This document shows, piece by piece, positions 48,877 to 58,416 of a DNA stretch of 64,000 nucleotides; position 1 is the stretch's first letter, and each line of letters begins with the position of its first letter. The stretch is from an uncultured Muribaculaceae bacterium (GTDB lineage: Bacteria > Bacillota_I > Bacilli_A > RF39 > UBA660). The stretch is from NCBI GenBank assembly GCA_964513345.1, contig CAZELY010000001.1, forward strand, positions 73,980 to 137,979. The letters run 5' to 3'. A program made the position numbers and the translations under genes. The notes below the pieces were generated by a model. The model saw only the letters and a list, made by a program, of their open reading frames with translations. It did no database searches and was not told where the DNA came from.

Positions 48877-48910
48877 AATTCACCAAAAAAAGCACTTTTT
48901 TAAGTGCTTT
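48877..48910. terminator. Bidirectional terminator downstream of xfp
   Basis: AAAAAGCACTT tttt AAGTGCTTTTT. Confidence 0.6.
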
Positions 48911-51256
48911 TTAATTGCCCCATTTCCAGTTTTTAATTTCGGGCATATCTTCTCCATATTTTCGAATATAAATATTGTGCTCGATAATTTTATTTTTCAT
49001 TTTTTCCATTAGATACATTTCTTTACTGCCCTTATTTTCTAAGTGTTCAATAACATCCATTACCAAATGGAAACGATCGATTTCATTTTGAACACGCATA
49101 TCAAATGGTGTAGTAATTGTACCTTCTTCTAAATATCCATGAACTGAAATGTTTCTATTATGCCTTAAATACGTAAGCTCATGAATCAATTTAGGATATC
49201 CATGATAGTTAAAAATTATTGGCTTATTCTTTGTAAACAACATATCATATTCAGCGTCAGATAAGGCGTGAGGATGTTTCGTAGGTGACTCTAATTTCAT
49301 TAAATCAACAACATTGACACATCTAATTTTTAAATCTGGCAGTTCTTTATTTAAAATTGAAATTGCCCCAATTGTCTCTAACGTTGGTGTTGCCCCAGCA
49401 CAGGCCATAATAACATCAGGATTAGTTTGTTGATCATTACTAGCCCAAGGCCATATACCAATACCTTTGGTGCAGTGTTCAACAGCCTCATCCATAGGAA
49501 GCCATTGATAACTAGGATGTTTTGAAGCAACAATTACATTGACATAATTTCGACTTTTTATACAATGATCGAAACATGATAACAAAGTATTAGTGTCAGG
49601 CGGTAAGTACATTCTAACAACATCAGCTTTTTTATTAGCAACGTGATCTAAAAATCCTGGATCTTGATGCGTATAACCATTATGATCTTGTTGCCAAACA
49701 TTTGAAGTTAACACTAAATTCAAAGAAGCAATACTCCTTCTCCATGAAATACCATTACAAACTTTTAACCATTTAGCATGTTGAGAAACCATGGAATCAA
49801 CAACACGTATAAAAGCTTCATAACTATTGAAAAATCCATGTCTTCCCGTAAGAAGATATCCTTCCAACCATCCTTCACACATGTGTTCAGAAAGATAAGA
49901 GTCCATTATTCTTCCTTTTTTATCTAAGTGTTCATCATTTTCTAACGTTTTGCTTTGCCAATCTCTATCAGCTGCTTCGAACATGTTATAAAGTCTATTT
50001 GACATTGCTTCATCTGGTGAAAAAGCTCTAAAATTACTTGGATTATTTGTAATAACGTCTCTAATGTATGTGCTTAGTTCAAGCATGTCGCTTGCCAAAA
50101 TTTCACCATGATCATTAAATTTTACTCCATAGTCTTTAAAATTTGGTAAAACTAAATCTTTTAAAAGTAATCCCCCATTAGCATATGGGCTGGCACCCAT
50201 TCGTTTTTTGCCAGTTGGAATAATTCTTTTAATTTCAGTGTTTAATTTACCTTCTTCATCAAATAATTCTTCAGGATGATAACTTCTTAACCATTGCTCT
50301 AAAACTTCTAAATGGTCATCTTCAGTCATTGAAACAGGGACTTGATGCGCTTTAAATGTCCCTTCAATTTTTTCACCATTTACTTCTTTTGGACAAGTCC
50401 AACCTTTAGGTGTTTTTAAAATAATCATTGGCCAAAGCGGTAGTTCATCGCTTTCTTTGGCTTTTTCTTTTATCGATTTTATTTGCTCAATTACAGTATC
50501 CATTGTCTTAGCCATCAAAGCATGCATTGTTTTAGGGTTACTTCCTTCTACCAAATATGCTTTATATCCAAGGCCATAAAAATAACTTCCCAATTGTTTA
50601 TTGGACATTCTTGCAAAAACTGTAGGATTGCTTATTTTATATCCATTTAAATTTAAAATTGGTAATACAACCCCGTCAGTTTTTGGATTTATAAATTTGT
50701 TGGAATTCCATGAAGTAGCAAGTGGTCCAGTTTCAGCTTCGCCATCACCGACAACACAAGCCGCAATTAGTTTCGGATTATCTAAAACAGCTCCAAAAGC
50801 GTGAGCAAGAGAATATCCTAATTCTCCTCCTTCGTGAATGCTTCCAGGAGTTTCGGGTGCTGCATGCGAAGAAACACCACCAGGAAAAGAAAACTGCTTA
50901 AAAAATTTCTTTAAACCTTCTTCATCTTCGGTGATATTCGGATAAAATTCAGAATATGTACCTTCCAAATAAGTATTGGACGTCAAAAAATTCCCGCCGT
51001 GTCCAGGGCCAGATACATAAATCATATCTAAATTGTATTTTTTAATAACCCGATTTAAATGTGTATATATAAAATTTTGTGTTGGAACTGTTCCCCAGTG
51101 TCCAACGATTTTTCTTTTTATATGTTCTTTTTGTAAAGGTTCTTTTAAAAGTGGATTATCAAGTAAATAAAGCTGACAAGCCGATAAATAATTTGCAGCT
51201 CTAAAATATTTATTTAATAATTCAATTTCCTCATTTGAAATATTATTTTCTTTCAT
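48911..51256 (-). CDS. xfp: Phosphoketolase (xylulose-5-phosphate/fructose-6-phosphate phosphoketolase)
   Basis: 781 aa with the N-terminal XFP signature GHWGT, a TPP-binding region GPGHGG, and EGGELGY. Confidence 0.9.
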   Translation of the reverse strand: MKENNISNEEIELLNKYFRAANYLSACQLYLLDNPLLKEPLQKEHIKRKIVGHWGTVPTQNFIYTHLNRVIKKYNLDMIYVSGPGHGGNFLTSNTYLEGTYSEFYPNITEDEEGLKKFFKQFSFPGGVSSHAAPETPGSIHEGGELGYSLAHAFGAVLDNPKLIAACVVGDGEAETGPLATSWNSNKFINPKTDGVVLPILNLNGYKISNPTVFARMSNKQLGSYFYGLGYKAYLVEGSNPKTMHALMAKTMDTVIEQIKSIKEKAKESDELPLWPMIILKTPKGWTCPKEVNGEKIEGTFKAHQVPVSMTEDDHLEVLEQWLRSYHPEELFDEEGKLNTEIKRIIPTGKKRMGASPYANGGLLLKDLVLPNFKDYGVKFNDHGEILASDMLELSTYIRDVITNNPSNFRAFSPDEAMSNRLYNMFEAADRDWQSKTLENDEHLDKKGRIMDSYLSEHMCEGWLEGYLLTGRHGFFNSYEAFIRVVDSMVSQHAKWLKVCNGISWRRSIASLNLVLTSNVWQQDHNGYTHQDPGFLDHVANKKADVVRMYLPPDTNTLLSCFDHCIKSRNYVNVIVASKHPSYQWLPMDEAVEHCTKGIGIWPWASNDQQTNPDVIMACAGATPTLETIGAISILNKELPDLKIRCVNVVDLMKLESPTKHPHALSDAEYDMLFTKNKPIIFNYHGYPKLIHELTYLRHNRNISVHGYLEEGTITTPFDMRVQNEIDRFHLVMDVIEHLENKGSKEMYLMEKMKNKIIEHNIYIRKYGEDMPEIKNWKWGN

Positions 51257-51337
51257 AAGCTATCCCCTTCTACTCTACGTATAGTATAACAAATTTATGC
51301 AAAAAGTACAAATAAAAAGTTGAAAAATTTCAACTTT

Positions 51338-51490
51338 TACTTAGAAATTGTTTTTTGTTTTTCATCTTCATATTTTCTAATCTCTTCATCTTCTTGTTTT
51401 CTTTCTCTTACGGCGCTTATCAATAGATCAAATTCATCTTCGGTAAGTGATTCAACAAAGCGATAAAGCTTATCAAATGTGATTTCCATG
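51338..51490 (-). CDS. Small hypothetical acidic protein (50 aa) translationally coupled to mutS
   Basis: An ATG lies 1 nt after the mutS stop. The product is MEITFDKLYRFVESLTEDEFDLLISAVRERKQEDEEIRKYEDEKQKTISK, and a weak A/T hairpin follows the ORF. Confidence 0.4.
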
Positions 51491-54022
51491 TTATTCCCCC
51501 CTCATGTTTTTTAAATCATATAAAATATTTAAGGCTTCCAGTGGTGTGATTGATAATGGATCAATTTTATCTAATTCTTTTTCGATTTTCGATTCCTTTG
51601 GAATCAAGTCATCAATTGGCAAAGATTCTTGAATTTTGATGTCGCGTTTTTTCTCGTTAGATTCATATACCTTCAAAATTTCACTGGCTCTTTTGATTAA
51701 TGAATCTGGCAAATTAGCCAGTTTAGCTACGTGTATTCCATAACTTTTATCAACGCTACCTTCCTTTATTTTGTGAAGAAATGTTATTTTACCATCTTCT
51801 TCATAGGCACTAACATGAATATTTTTTAATCCCTTCAAATTATCTTCTAAATCGGTCAGTTCATGATAATGCGTCGAAAAGAAAGTTTTTCCCTTTATAT
51901 TTCCATGTATGTATTCAATGATTGATTGAGCTAAAGCCATACCATCAAAAGTAGCTGTACCTCGGCCTAATTCATCAAATAACAACAAACTTTTATCAGT
52001 AGCGTTTGAAATAGCAGTGTTGGCTTCCATCATTTCAACCATGAATGTTGATTCTCCACTAACTAAATCGTCACTGGCACCAATTCTTGTAAAAATTTGA
52101 TCAAAGATTGGTATTTTTGCTTCCTTAGCCGGCACAAAACAACCAATTTGAGCCATTATTGCGATTATTGCCATTTGGCGCATATAAGTGGATTTGCCGG
52201 CCATATTTGGGCCTGTAATTAATAATATATTTGTGTTTTTATCCATGACAATGTCATTTGATACAAATTCCGTTTCTAATACCTTTTCTACTACTGGGTG
52301 CCTTGATTCTTTAATATCAATTTCATTTTCTGTTAATATTGGTCGTATATAATTATTTTCCTCGCTAACAGTCGCAAAAGATTGTAAAACATCGATAGCG
52401 CTAATTATTTTGGCAATTTCTTGTAATTTTGGAATATATGTTTTTACTTCATCACGAATTTTACTAAATAAATCATATTCAAGTTCGATTATTTTTTCTT
52501 CGGCATTTAAAATCAATGCTTCTTTTTCTTTTAAAACAGGGCTAATATATCGTTCGCAATTGGTTAGTGTTTGTTTTCGTTGGTAACCGTACTCGTCTTT
52601 AACTAAATTTAAATTCCCTTTGCTTATTTCGATATAGTAACCAAACACTTTGTTATAGCCGACTTTTAAATTTTTAATGCCAGTTTTTTCACGTTCTTCA
52701 GCTTCAAATCTGGCAACAAAGTCCTTACCACCTTTTCTAAGTGATTTTAACTCGTCTAATTCGCTATTAAAGCCTTCTTTAATTAAATATCCTTCTTTTA
52801 AAGTCATTGGTGGATTTTCATAGATGGAATTTTCTAATAATTTATATAATTCTTCCAATGTTTCTAATTTTTTAGGATAGCTTAATTTTTTTAAGCACTC
52901 ACTTATTTGTGGCAAAACCATTAGTGAGTTTTTAAGTTGTAACATATCTCTCGCATTAGCATTACCAAAGGCAATTTTACCACTTAGTCTTTCTAAGTCA
53001 TATACTTCCATTAAATATGTTTCTAAATCGCTTTTTACGATAAATTCTTTTAATAAGGTCTCGACTAAATCGTATCTTTTTTCAATAGCTTTCTTATCTA
53101 CTAAAGGAGCCAAAATATAGCTTTTTAATAGTCTTGCCCCCATGGCAGTTTTAGTTTTATCCAAAAGCCACAGTAATGAATAATTTCTTTGTTTTAGCCT
53201 AATAGTTTCAACTAGTTCGAGGTTTCGTTTACTATGAACGTCCATTTTTAAGTAATCTTTATTTTCTCTAATAATTGCTTTTTGCAAGTGGTCTAAATTT
53301 CTTTTTTGATTGTTTTCAATATATGCAAGTAAATGCTTAATTGTTTCAATATATCTAATATCCGCTAATTCTTCATAAACATTTTTGTAATTATCGGTGG
53401 TCTCATCAGTAATTGTTATGGTTAAATGAAACTGATTTTTTAAAATAGAATATATACTTTTATCGACTTTTGAAGTTATAACGACTTCTTTAATTCCTAA
53501 ATTAATTATTTCACTTACTAACTTAGAAGGATTATGTTCTAAAAGCATCGCATATATTTCACCTGTTGATATATCAGCATAACTAATTCCAAAAGCGTGA
53601 TTAAAATCACACACATTAGCAATAAAATTAAAGTCATCACTTTTTAAAGTGTCGCCATTCATAACGGTACCTGAACTTATAATTTGAATGATGTCTCTTT
53701 TAACAATTCCTTTAGCGTTTTTAGGATCTTCTAATTGTTCGCAAATACCAATTTTATAACCTTTTTCAATTAATCGATCAATATATCCTGTTGCTGCATG
53801 ATGTGGTATTCCACACATTGGTATTCGTTCATCAAGTCCAGCATTTTTGCCGGTCAAAGTAAGCTCTAATTCGTGACTAACTTTAATAGCGTCTTCGAAA
53901 AACATTTCGTAAAAATCGCCAAGGCGAAAAAAAATGATTAAGTCTTCATTTTGTTCTTTTATTTCCAAGTATTGTCGCATCATTGGTGTGACTTTGTTCA
54001 TATCTACTTCTTTTCGTTCCAT
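51491..54022 (-). CDS. mutS: DNA mismatch repair protein MutS
   Basis: Domain I TPMMRQYLEIKEQ...FFRLGDFYEMF, Walker A ITGPNMAGKSTYMRQ, and a C-terminal HTH. AAGGAG RBS. Confidence 0.9.
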   Translation of the reverse strand: MERKEVDMNKVTPMMRQYLEIKEQNEDLIIFFRLGDFYEMFFEDAIKVSHELELTLTGKNAGLDERIPMCGIPHHAATGYIDRLIEKGYKIGICEQLEDPKNAKGIVKRDIIQIISSGTVMNGDTLKSDDFNFIANVCDFNHAFGISYADISTGEIYAMLLEHNPSKLVSEIINLGIKEVVITSKVDKSIYSILKNQFHLTITITDETTDNYKNVYEELADIRYIETIKHLLAYIENNQKRNLDHLQKAIIRENKDYLKMDVHSKRNLELVETIRLKQRNYSLLWLLDKTKTAMGARLLKSYILAPLVDKKAIEKRYDLVETLLKEFIVKSDLETYLMEVYDLERLSGKIAFGNANARDMLQLKNSLMVLPQISECLKKLSYPKKLETLEELYKLLENSIYENPPMTLKEGYLIKEGFNSELDELKSLRKGGKDFVARFEAEEREKTGIKNLKVGYNKVFGYYIEISKGNLNLVKDEYGYQRKQTLTNCERYISPVLKEKEALILNAEEKIIELEYDLFSKIRDEVKTYIPKLQEIAKIISAIDVLQSFATVSEENNYIRPILTENEIDIKESRHPVVEKVLETEFVSNDIVMDKNTNILLITGPNMAGKSTYMRQMAIIAIMAQIGCFVPAKEAKIPIFDQIFTRIGASDDLVSGESTFMVEMMEANTAISNATDKSLLLFDELGRGTATFDGMALAQSIIEYIHGNIKGKTFFSTHYHELTDLEDNLKGLKNIHVSAYEEDGKITFLHKIKEGSVDKSYGIHVAKLANLPDSLIKRASEILKVYESNEKKRDIKIQESLPIDDLIPKESKIEKELDKIDPLSITPLEALNILYDLKNMRGE

Positions 54023-54100
54023 ACGCTGCTTACTCCTTCTAACTCTTATATTATATTACTTTTTACTGCCCTTAGTCAATGAAAAAAACAGCATAGCTGT

Positions 54101-54970
54101 TTATCTTGTTAATTGTTTTGATTTTTCTAAAATGCTAAGGTCCGCAGTAGTGATTCGCTCATAAATATCGCCTCGAATTCCCACTGATTCAATCACCATT
54201 GAATCAACAACATCCTTAGGTCTTCTGAGTTCATCTTTGGTTTTCTTAATATATTCTAACGTTGTGCATTTGTAAAGCTTATTATCGACCCCAAAGTAAT
54301 TAATGAAATAATCTGATATTTCATCTGTTTGTATAATTTGGTAAGTACATTGATTGGTAAAAGGATTGAAACTATAAATTTTTAATTCATTATCAGCATA
54401 CATTGCCTTGCTAATACTAATCGGTACCCCATCAATTTGAATTTCAAAACCACAATCTTCTGTATCATAATAAATACTATCCCATTTTTCACTATAGTAA
54501 GGTGTTAGTTTAAATATTTCGCGCAAGTGATTTATATCTTCTTCAAAACATATAGTATCAATGTCTTCATGTAACCTTCCTGAATCAGTGTCTAGCAATA
54601 AATATGGAACAATACCGCCTGTCAAATATAATTTTTCAAAATTATTTCCTAGTATATTTTGAAATTTAATCAATGTTTTTTGTAGTTCGTAAAATGTTTT
54701 GTTTTCGACTGGCATTTTCATATAATATAAGCTCTCTTTTTCTTCGGATAATTGACGAAAATATTCTTGTTGTTTTAAGAGTTCCTGATAATTTTTAATT
54801 ATCATATCACTTTGTAAATCAATCTCATTTTTTATTTTTTCAAAATCTTCTTCTGAATTTAAATATTTACAATAATATTCATCTTCATTAATTTTGATTT
54901 TCGGATAAATTTTTGCTGCTTTGGAAAACTTTTTTCTTATATATCTTCTGATTCTTTTTCTATTATCCAT
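54101..54970 (-). CDS. Nucleotidyltransferase-domain protein (Lnu/LinB/ANT(2'')-like minimal NTase core) with an N-terminal extension
   Basis: Central LYLTGGIVPYLLLDTDSGRLHEDIDTICFEED matches the GG...R.H.DID pattern of lincosamide/aminoglycoside nucleotidyltransferases. About 100 aa of coiled-coil-like N-terminal sequence precedes it. Confidence 0.5.
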   Translation of the reverse strand: MDNRKRIRRYIRKKFSKAAKIYPKIKINEDEYYCKYLNSEEDFEKIKNEIDLQSDMIIKNYQELLKQQEYFRQLSEEKESLYYMKMPVENKTFYELQKTLIKFQNILGNNFEKLYLTGGIVPYLLLDTDSGRLHEDIDTICFEEDINHLREIFKLTPYYSEKWDSIYYDTEDCGFEIQIDGVPISISKAMYADNELKIYSFNPFTNQCTYQIIQTDEISDYFINYFGVDNKLYKCTTLEYIKKTKDELRRPKDVVDSMVIESVGIRGDIYERITTADLSILEKSKQLTR

Positions 54971-55062
54971 GATGCACCTCCTTTAATATGATATATATTA
55001 TCATATTTTTGACAATATAAAAATATATTTACCGGAAAATAAAAAAGGAATAATTATTCCTT

Positions 55063-55305
55063 TTATCTAGATCTTCCCTGTTCGATGTCATCAATTTGAG
55101 GATTTTCTTCATCATAATTTTCTTCATCATAATTTTCTTCATCATAATTTTCTTCATCGGTAGGAATTTCGATATCTTCCCATTCTTGTTCCTCAACAAG
55201 CATTTCCTCACGTTTTTCAACATCATCAGCTATTTTATCAGCCTCATTAGCCACCCAATTTTCAGCTTCTTCCCTAGCTTTTTTCTTGTCAGTAAAAAAT
55301 CCCAT
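55063..55305 (-). CDS. Small acidic protein with EENYD tandem repeats
   Basis: 80 aa. Three exact EENYD repeats plus a truncated fourth (EEN) are encoded by a perfect 15-bp DNA tandem repeat. Confidence 0.45.
   Translation of the reverse strand: MGFFTDKKKAREEAENWVANEADKIADDVEKREEMLVEEQEWEDIEIPTDEENYDEENYDEENYDEENPQIDDIEQGRSR
55107..55155. repeat. 15-bp perfect tandem repeat, about 3.3 copies (TCATAATTTTCTTCA)
   Basis: Read directly from the sequence at 55107-55155. It lies in-frame within the acidic protein gene. Confidence 0.8.
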
Positions 55306-55370
55306 TTCCTATCACCTCAAATAAATTATAACATATCTATAATAGCAACACAATAAAAAAGAGTGTTACT

Positions 55371-56261
55371 TTACACCCTTTTATGCGAAGCATTTTTTTG
55401 CTTATTAATTATTTCATCAAATTCATTTAGTATGATTTCTGATGGCGCCATACCAGTGTTTTTAACCTCATCTATTTCTTCAATATCCGATAGCAATACG
55501 TAATAGTCTTGGGCAAACATTTCATAAAACATATCAGAATACGGCTCTTGCGAAAATCTAGTGGTAACAAATCTTTTAATTTGATCTTCGCCCATTAACT
55601 CAACTATTTTTGCACCGGCTTGAATAAAATAACTATCGTCTTTTTCAACTTTAGCTGCCAGTTCAGTAATAGTCAAATTACTATTTTTCGGTATCGAATT
55701 GTAAATTATAACTTGTGAAAGTGCTTCGATTACTGAATCTTCTAGCAGGGTTTGTTGACGAATAATTGCAGCTTGATCATTTTTATCAGTGATTCCATGT
55801 TCAACCAAAAGAACGTCACTCGGATCAATATATTCAGGATTTATATCCTGGGTTAGATATTTTTTTATAACTGTATAATAATCTTTACTTTCGATTGCAT
55901 TATCAGGTTTACGGATACGTCTTAACGCATGAAGCTTCTCATGAATAAGTGATGATGCAATATCGTGAATTGCAATTCTCTCAGCTCTTTCTTTTTTATC
56001 TTCGTGAGCATCAATAACAAAATCTACCATTTCATCTAAATAACTCTCATCTAAAATGATCTGATCATCAGCAGCATGGTACTCTGAACTTGCTCGTTTT
56101 TTATCTAATGATACTGTCTCACCCACGCCTATATGGATATTATTTACTTCTTCACACAAGTTTAAATTTAAATCTAACTTCTCAAAAAAACTAAGTAATG
56201 CCTGATTACTATATTCAATACCCTTGTCTTTTAGTTCATTTCGATAGTCATTATTTATCAT
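55371..56261 (-). CDS. Hypothetical protein with an HExxH motif (possible metallopeptidase-like)
   Basis: IHEKLHALRR sits in a helical context. Length 296 aa. Confidence 0.4.
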   Translation of the reverse strand: MINNDYRNELKDKGIEYSNQALLSFFEKLDLNLNLCEEVNNIHIGVGETVSLDKKRASSEYHAADDQIILDESYLDEMVDFVIDAHEDKKERAERIAIHDIASSLIHEKLHALRRIRKPDNAIESKDYYTVIKKYLTQDINPEYIDPSDVLLVEHGITDKNDQAAIIRQQTLLEDSVIEALSQVIIYNSIPKNSNLTITELAAKVEKDDSYFIQAGAKIVELMGEDQIKRFVTTRFSQEPYSDMFYEMFAQDYYVLLSDIEEIDEVKNTGMAPSEIILNEFDEIINKQKNASHKRV

Positions 56262-56304
56262 AATACACGCTCCTATTCAATTGTATTTCACTATACTTTG
56301 AAAA

Positions 56305-57150
56305 TTAATTTTGGTTTTTTACTTTATCATCTAACCAATTAACAATTGTTTCTTGAATTTCATTAGTTATATTAACATTAATATCATTATGTTTTTCATT
56401 GCCATGAAAGTCACTTCCACAGGACATTAATAAGTTGTTTTCTTTAGCAAATTCACATAAAAACTTGGTTTCTTTTTCGGTATTTTCATTAAAAACTTCA
56501 ATGCCATCTACATAAGGTAATGCCTGATTTAATAATTCGTTTACATCTTTGTTTCCATATTTAAATGGGTGTGCTAGAAAAATTAAGCCACCATTTTGAT
56601 GAATAATATCTCTAACTTCCTCGATGGTTGGCCATACAATGCTCATATCCATATAAAGCGGAAAATCTTCATTTATAGTACTTTCCCTATATAAATCACT
56701 AATTTTTGTTAAATTATATTTTTCTTTAAAACTATCATCTAACATTCTAAATATTGCCCCATGGGCATATTCTACCTTTGGATCATATGGAGTTGACTCA
56801 TCTAAATAAATGTTTTCTTTTTCACATATTTGCTTAAGAACATTAAAAATTTGGGTTTGTCTTTCTTCAATAGTAGTAAATCGATCTTTCGCCCATTTAC
56901 TTACATTCTCTAATTCAAATCCGTAGCAAAGTATATCATAAGTTTCTTTACCGATTAAGGCATCAGCTTCAATACCTGTAACAATTTTTCCAGTAAAATT
57001 ATTGTTTTTAATCTCTTTATAAGCATCGCAAGTATCATGATCGGTAATTGATACATAAGAAATTTCATTTTTTTCACACATGTTTAAAACTTCGTTTATA
57101 TCAAAAACGCCATCTAAAGATTTATTCGTATGGATATGCAAATTTATCAT
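56305..57150 (-). CDS. PHP-domain metal-dependent phosphoesterase (TrpH/YciV-like)
   Basis: N-terminal INLHIHTNKSLDG, then ITDHD, and distal His/Asp motifs. Confidence 0.7.
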   Translation of the reverse strand: MINLHIHTNKSLDGVFDINEVLNMCEKNEISYVSITDHDTCDAYKEIKNNNFTGKIVTGIEADALIGKETYDILCYGFELENVSKWAKDRFTTIEERQTQIFNVLKQICEKENIYLDESTPYDPKVEYAHGAIFRMLDDSFKEKYNLTKISDLYRESTINEDFPLYMDMSIVWPTIEEVRDIIHQNGGLIFLAHPFKYGNKDVNELLNQALPYVDGIEVFNENTEKETKFLCEFAKENNLLMSCGSDFHGNEKHNDINVNITNEIQETIVNWLDDKVKNQN

Positions 57151-57191
57151 TCTACCATCTCCCTAGCTACATTTTATTTATAATTAAAATT

Positions 57192-57659
57192 TTATATATC
57201 TATTGTATACAATCTTCCGTATCCTGTTTTGTCATTTTTAAGGACATCTTTTACATAAGTAAATCCTATTTTTTCATAAAATTTCGGTGCTTTGTCGGTC
57301 CAAAGATATGCTTTATCATATCCCAATTTTTTTAATTCCTGTTTTGCACACTCTACTAATTTTGTACCATAGCCCATTCCTCTATATTTATCAAAAATCA
57401 TTATATTGCATATATTTGGAGTTATATTGGGATATTCTTTCAAATCAAAAGCTTTTAACATGCAAAAACCGATAATATCATCATTTTCAATTAAAGCAAT
57501 TCCGTATGGTAATTCATTTGAAGTGTATACATTTTTGATCTTATTAGTTGTATCTTCAAGCGTCATAAGTGGACTATACTGTGACCAATGACTAAAATGT
57601 TTATCAATTATTTTATCTAATTGTTCTTCTGATAATTCATTAAACTTTTTAATTTCCAT
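57192..57659 (-). CDS. GNAT-family N-acetyltransferase
   Basis: Acetyl-CoA binding motif FDKYRGMGYGTKLVECA. Confidence 0.75.
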   Translation of the reverse strand: MEIKKFNELSEEQLDKIIDKHFSHWSQYSPLMTLEDTTNKIKNVYTSNELPYGIALIENDDIIGFCMLKAFDLKEYPNITPNICNIMIFDKYRGMGYGTKLVECAKQELKKLGYDKAYLWTDKAPKFYEKIGFTYVKDVLKNDKTGYGRLYTIDI

Positions 57660-57786
57660 TTACAATCACCTACTTAATTTATTTTATAAATATAATTGAA
57701 TATTTAAATGATGCTATCGTTTTTTCATAACAAAAACTAATTTTGCACTACAATAGTGCAAAATACGACATTAATATGGTTATTCA

Positions 57787-58416
57787 TTATACTAAATTAA
57801 TTCTTTCCATATCAATCAGTTTATTATCTTCAAATGATAATTTATAAATATCTGGTGCTGACGGTGTTCCATTAAGTATTTCTTTCCCATTGAAAGTTAT
57901 TTTAAAACTTTTTCCGTCAAATGCTTCAGTGGCAACACTTCCAAGATAGGATAATAATAGTATTCCGTGAATAACTATACATATGTTATTATTATCATTC
58001 TTTAATAATTCTTTTATAAAGTTATTAAATCTATTGTCCATTTCATTTAAAGATTCATAAGTATTTATTTTCAAATCTTTATTGTCAAATATTTGTTTGG
58101 TAAAATCATCTGGCATTTCTTTATAGTACTCAATATCAAACTCCAGCTCATTGATTCTTTTATCTAATTTTATTGAAAGATTTTTCTTGTCTGCCAAATA
58201 TTTTGCTGTAGCAATAGCTCTTGCAGAACCACTCGCATATATTTCTTCAATATTATCTAGCTCTTGCACATCGCAAAGCTTTTTTGCTTTTTCTTCACCC
58301 TCTACTGATAATATCATATTAGTGTTATATTCATTCCATGGTATCTCTCTAAAATTTTCATAATTTTCGATCTTTACTCCCGTCATAGAATGTCTTATTA
58401 AATATATCGTTTTCAT
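57787..58416 (-). CDS. Histidine phosphatase superfamily protein (branch 1)
   Basis: N-terminal LIRHS (RHG-type motif) and a distal IVIHG. Confidence 0.55.
   Translation of the reverse strand: MKTIYLIRHSMTGVKIENYENFREIPWNEYNTNMILSVEGEEKAKKLCDVQELDNIEEIYASGSARAIATAKYLADKKNLSIKLDKRINELEFDIEYYKEMPDDFTKQIFDNKDLKINTYESLNEMDNRFNNFIKELLKNDNNNICIVIHGILLLSYLGSVATEAFDGKSFKITFNGKEILNGTPSAPDIYKLSFEDNKLIDMERINLV

Noticed and set aside
55029-55356. ORFs 55029-55226 (KKIMM repeats) and 55096-55356 (IIIFF repeats)
   Set aside because: They are alternative-frame or antisense translations of the same 15-bp tandem repeat. Only the acidic EENYD frame (55063-55305) has a plausible start and context.
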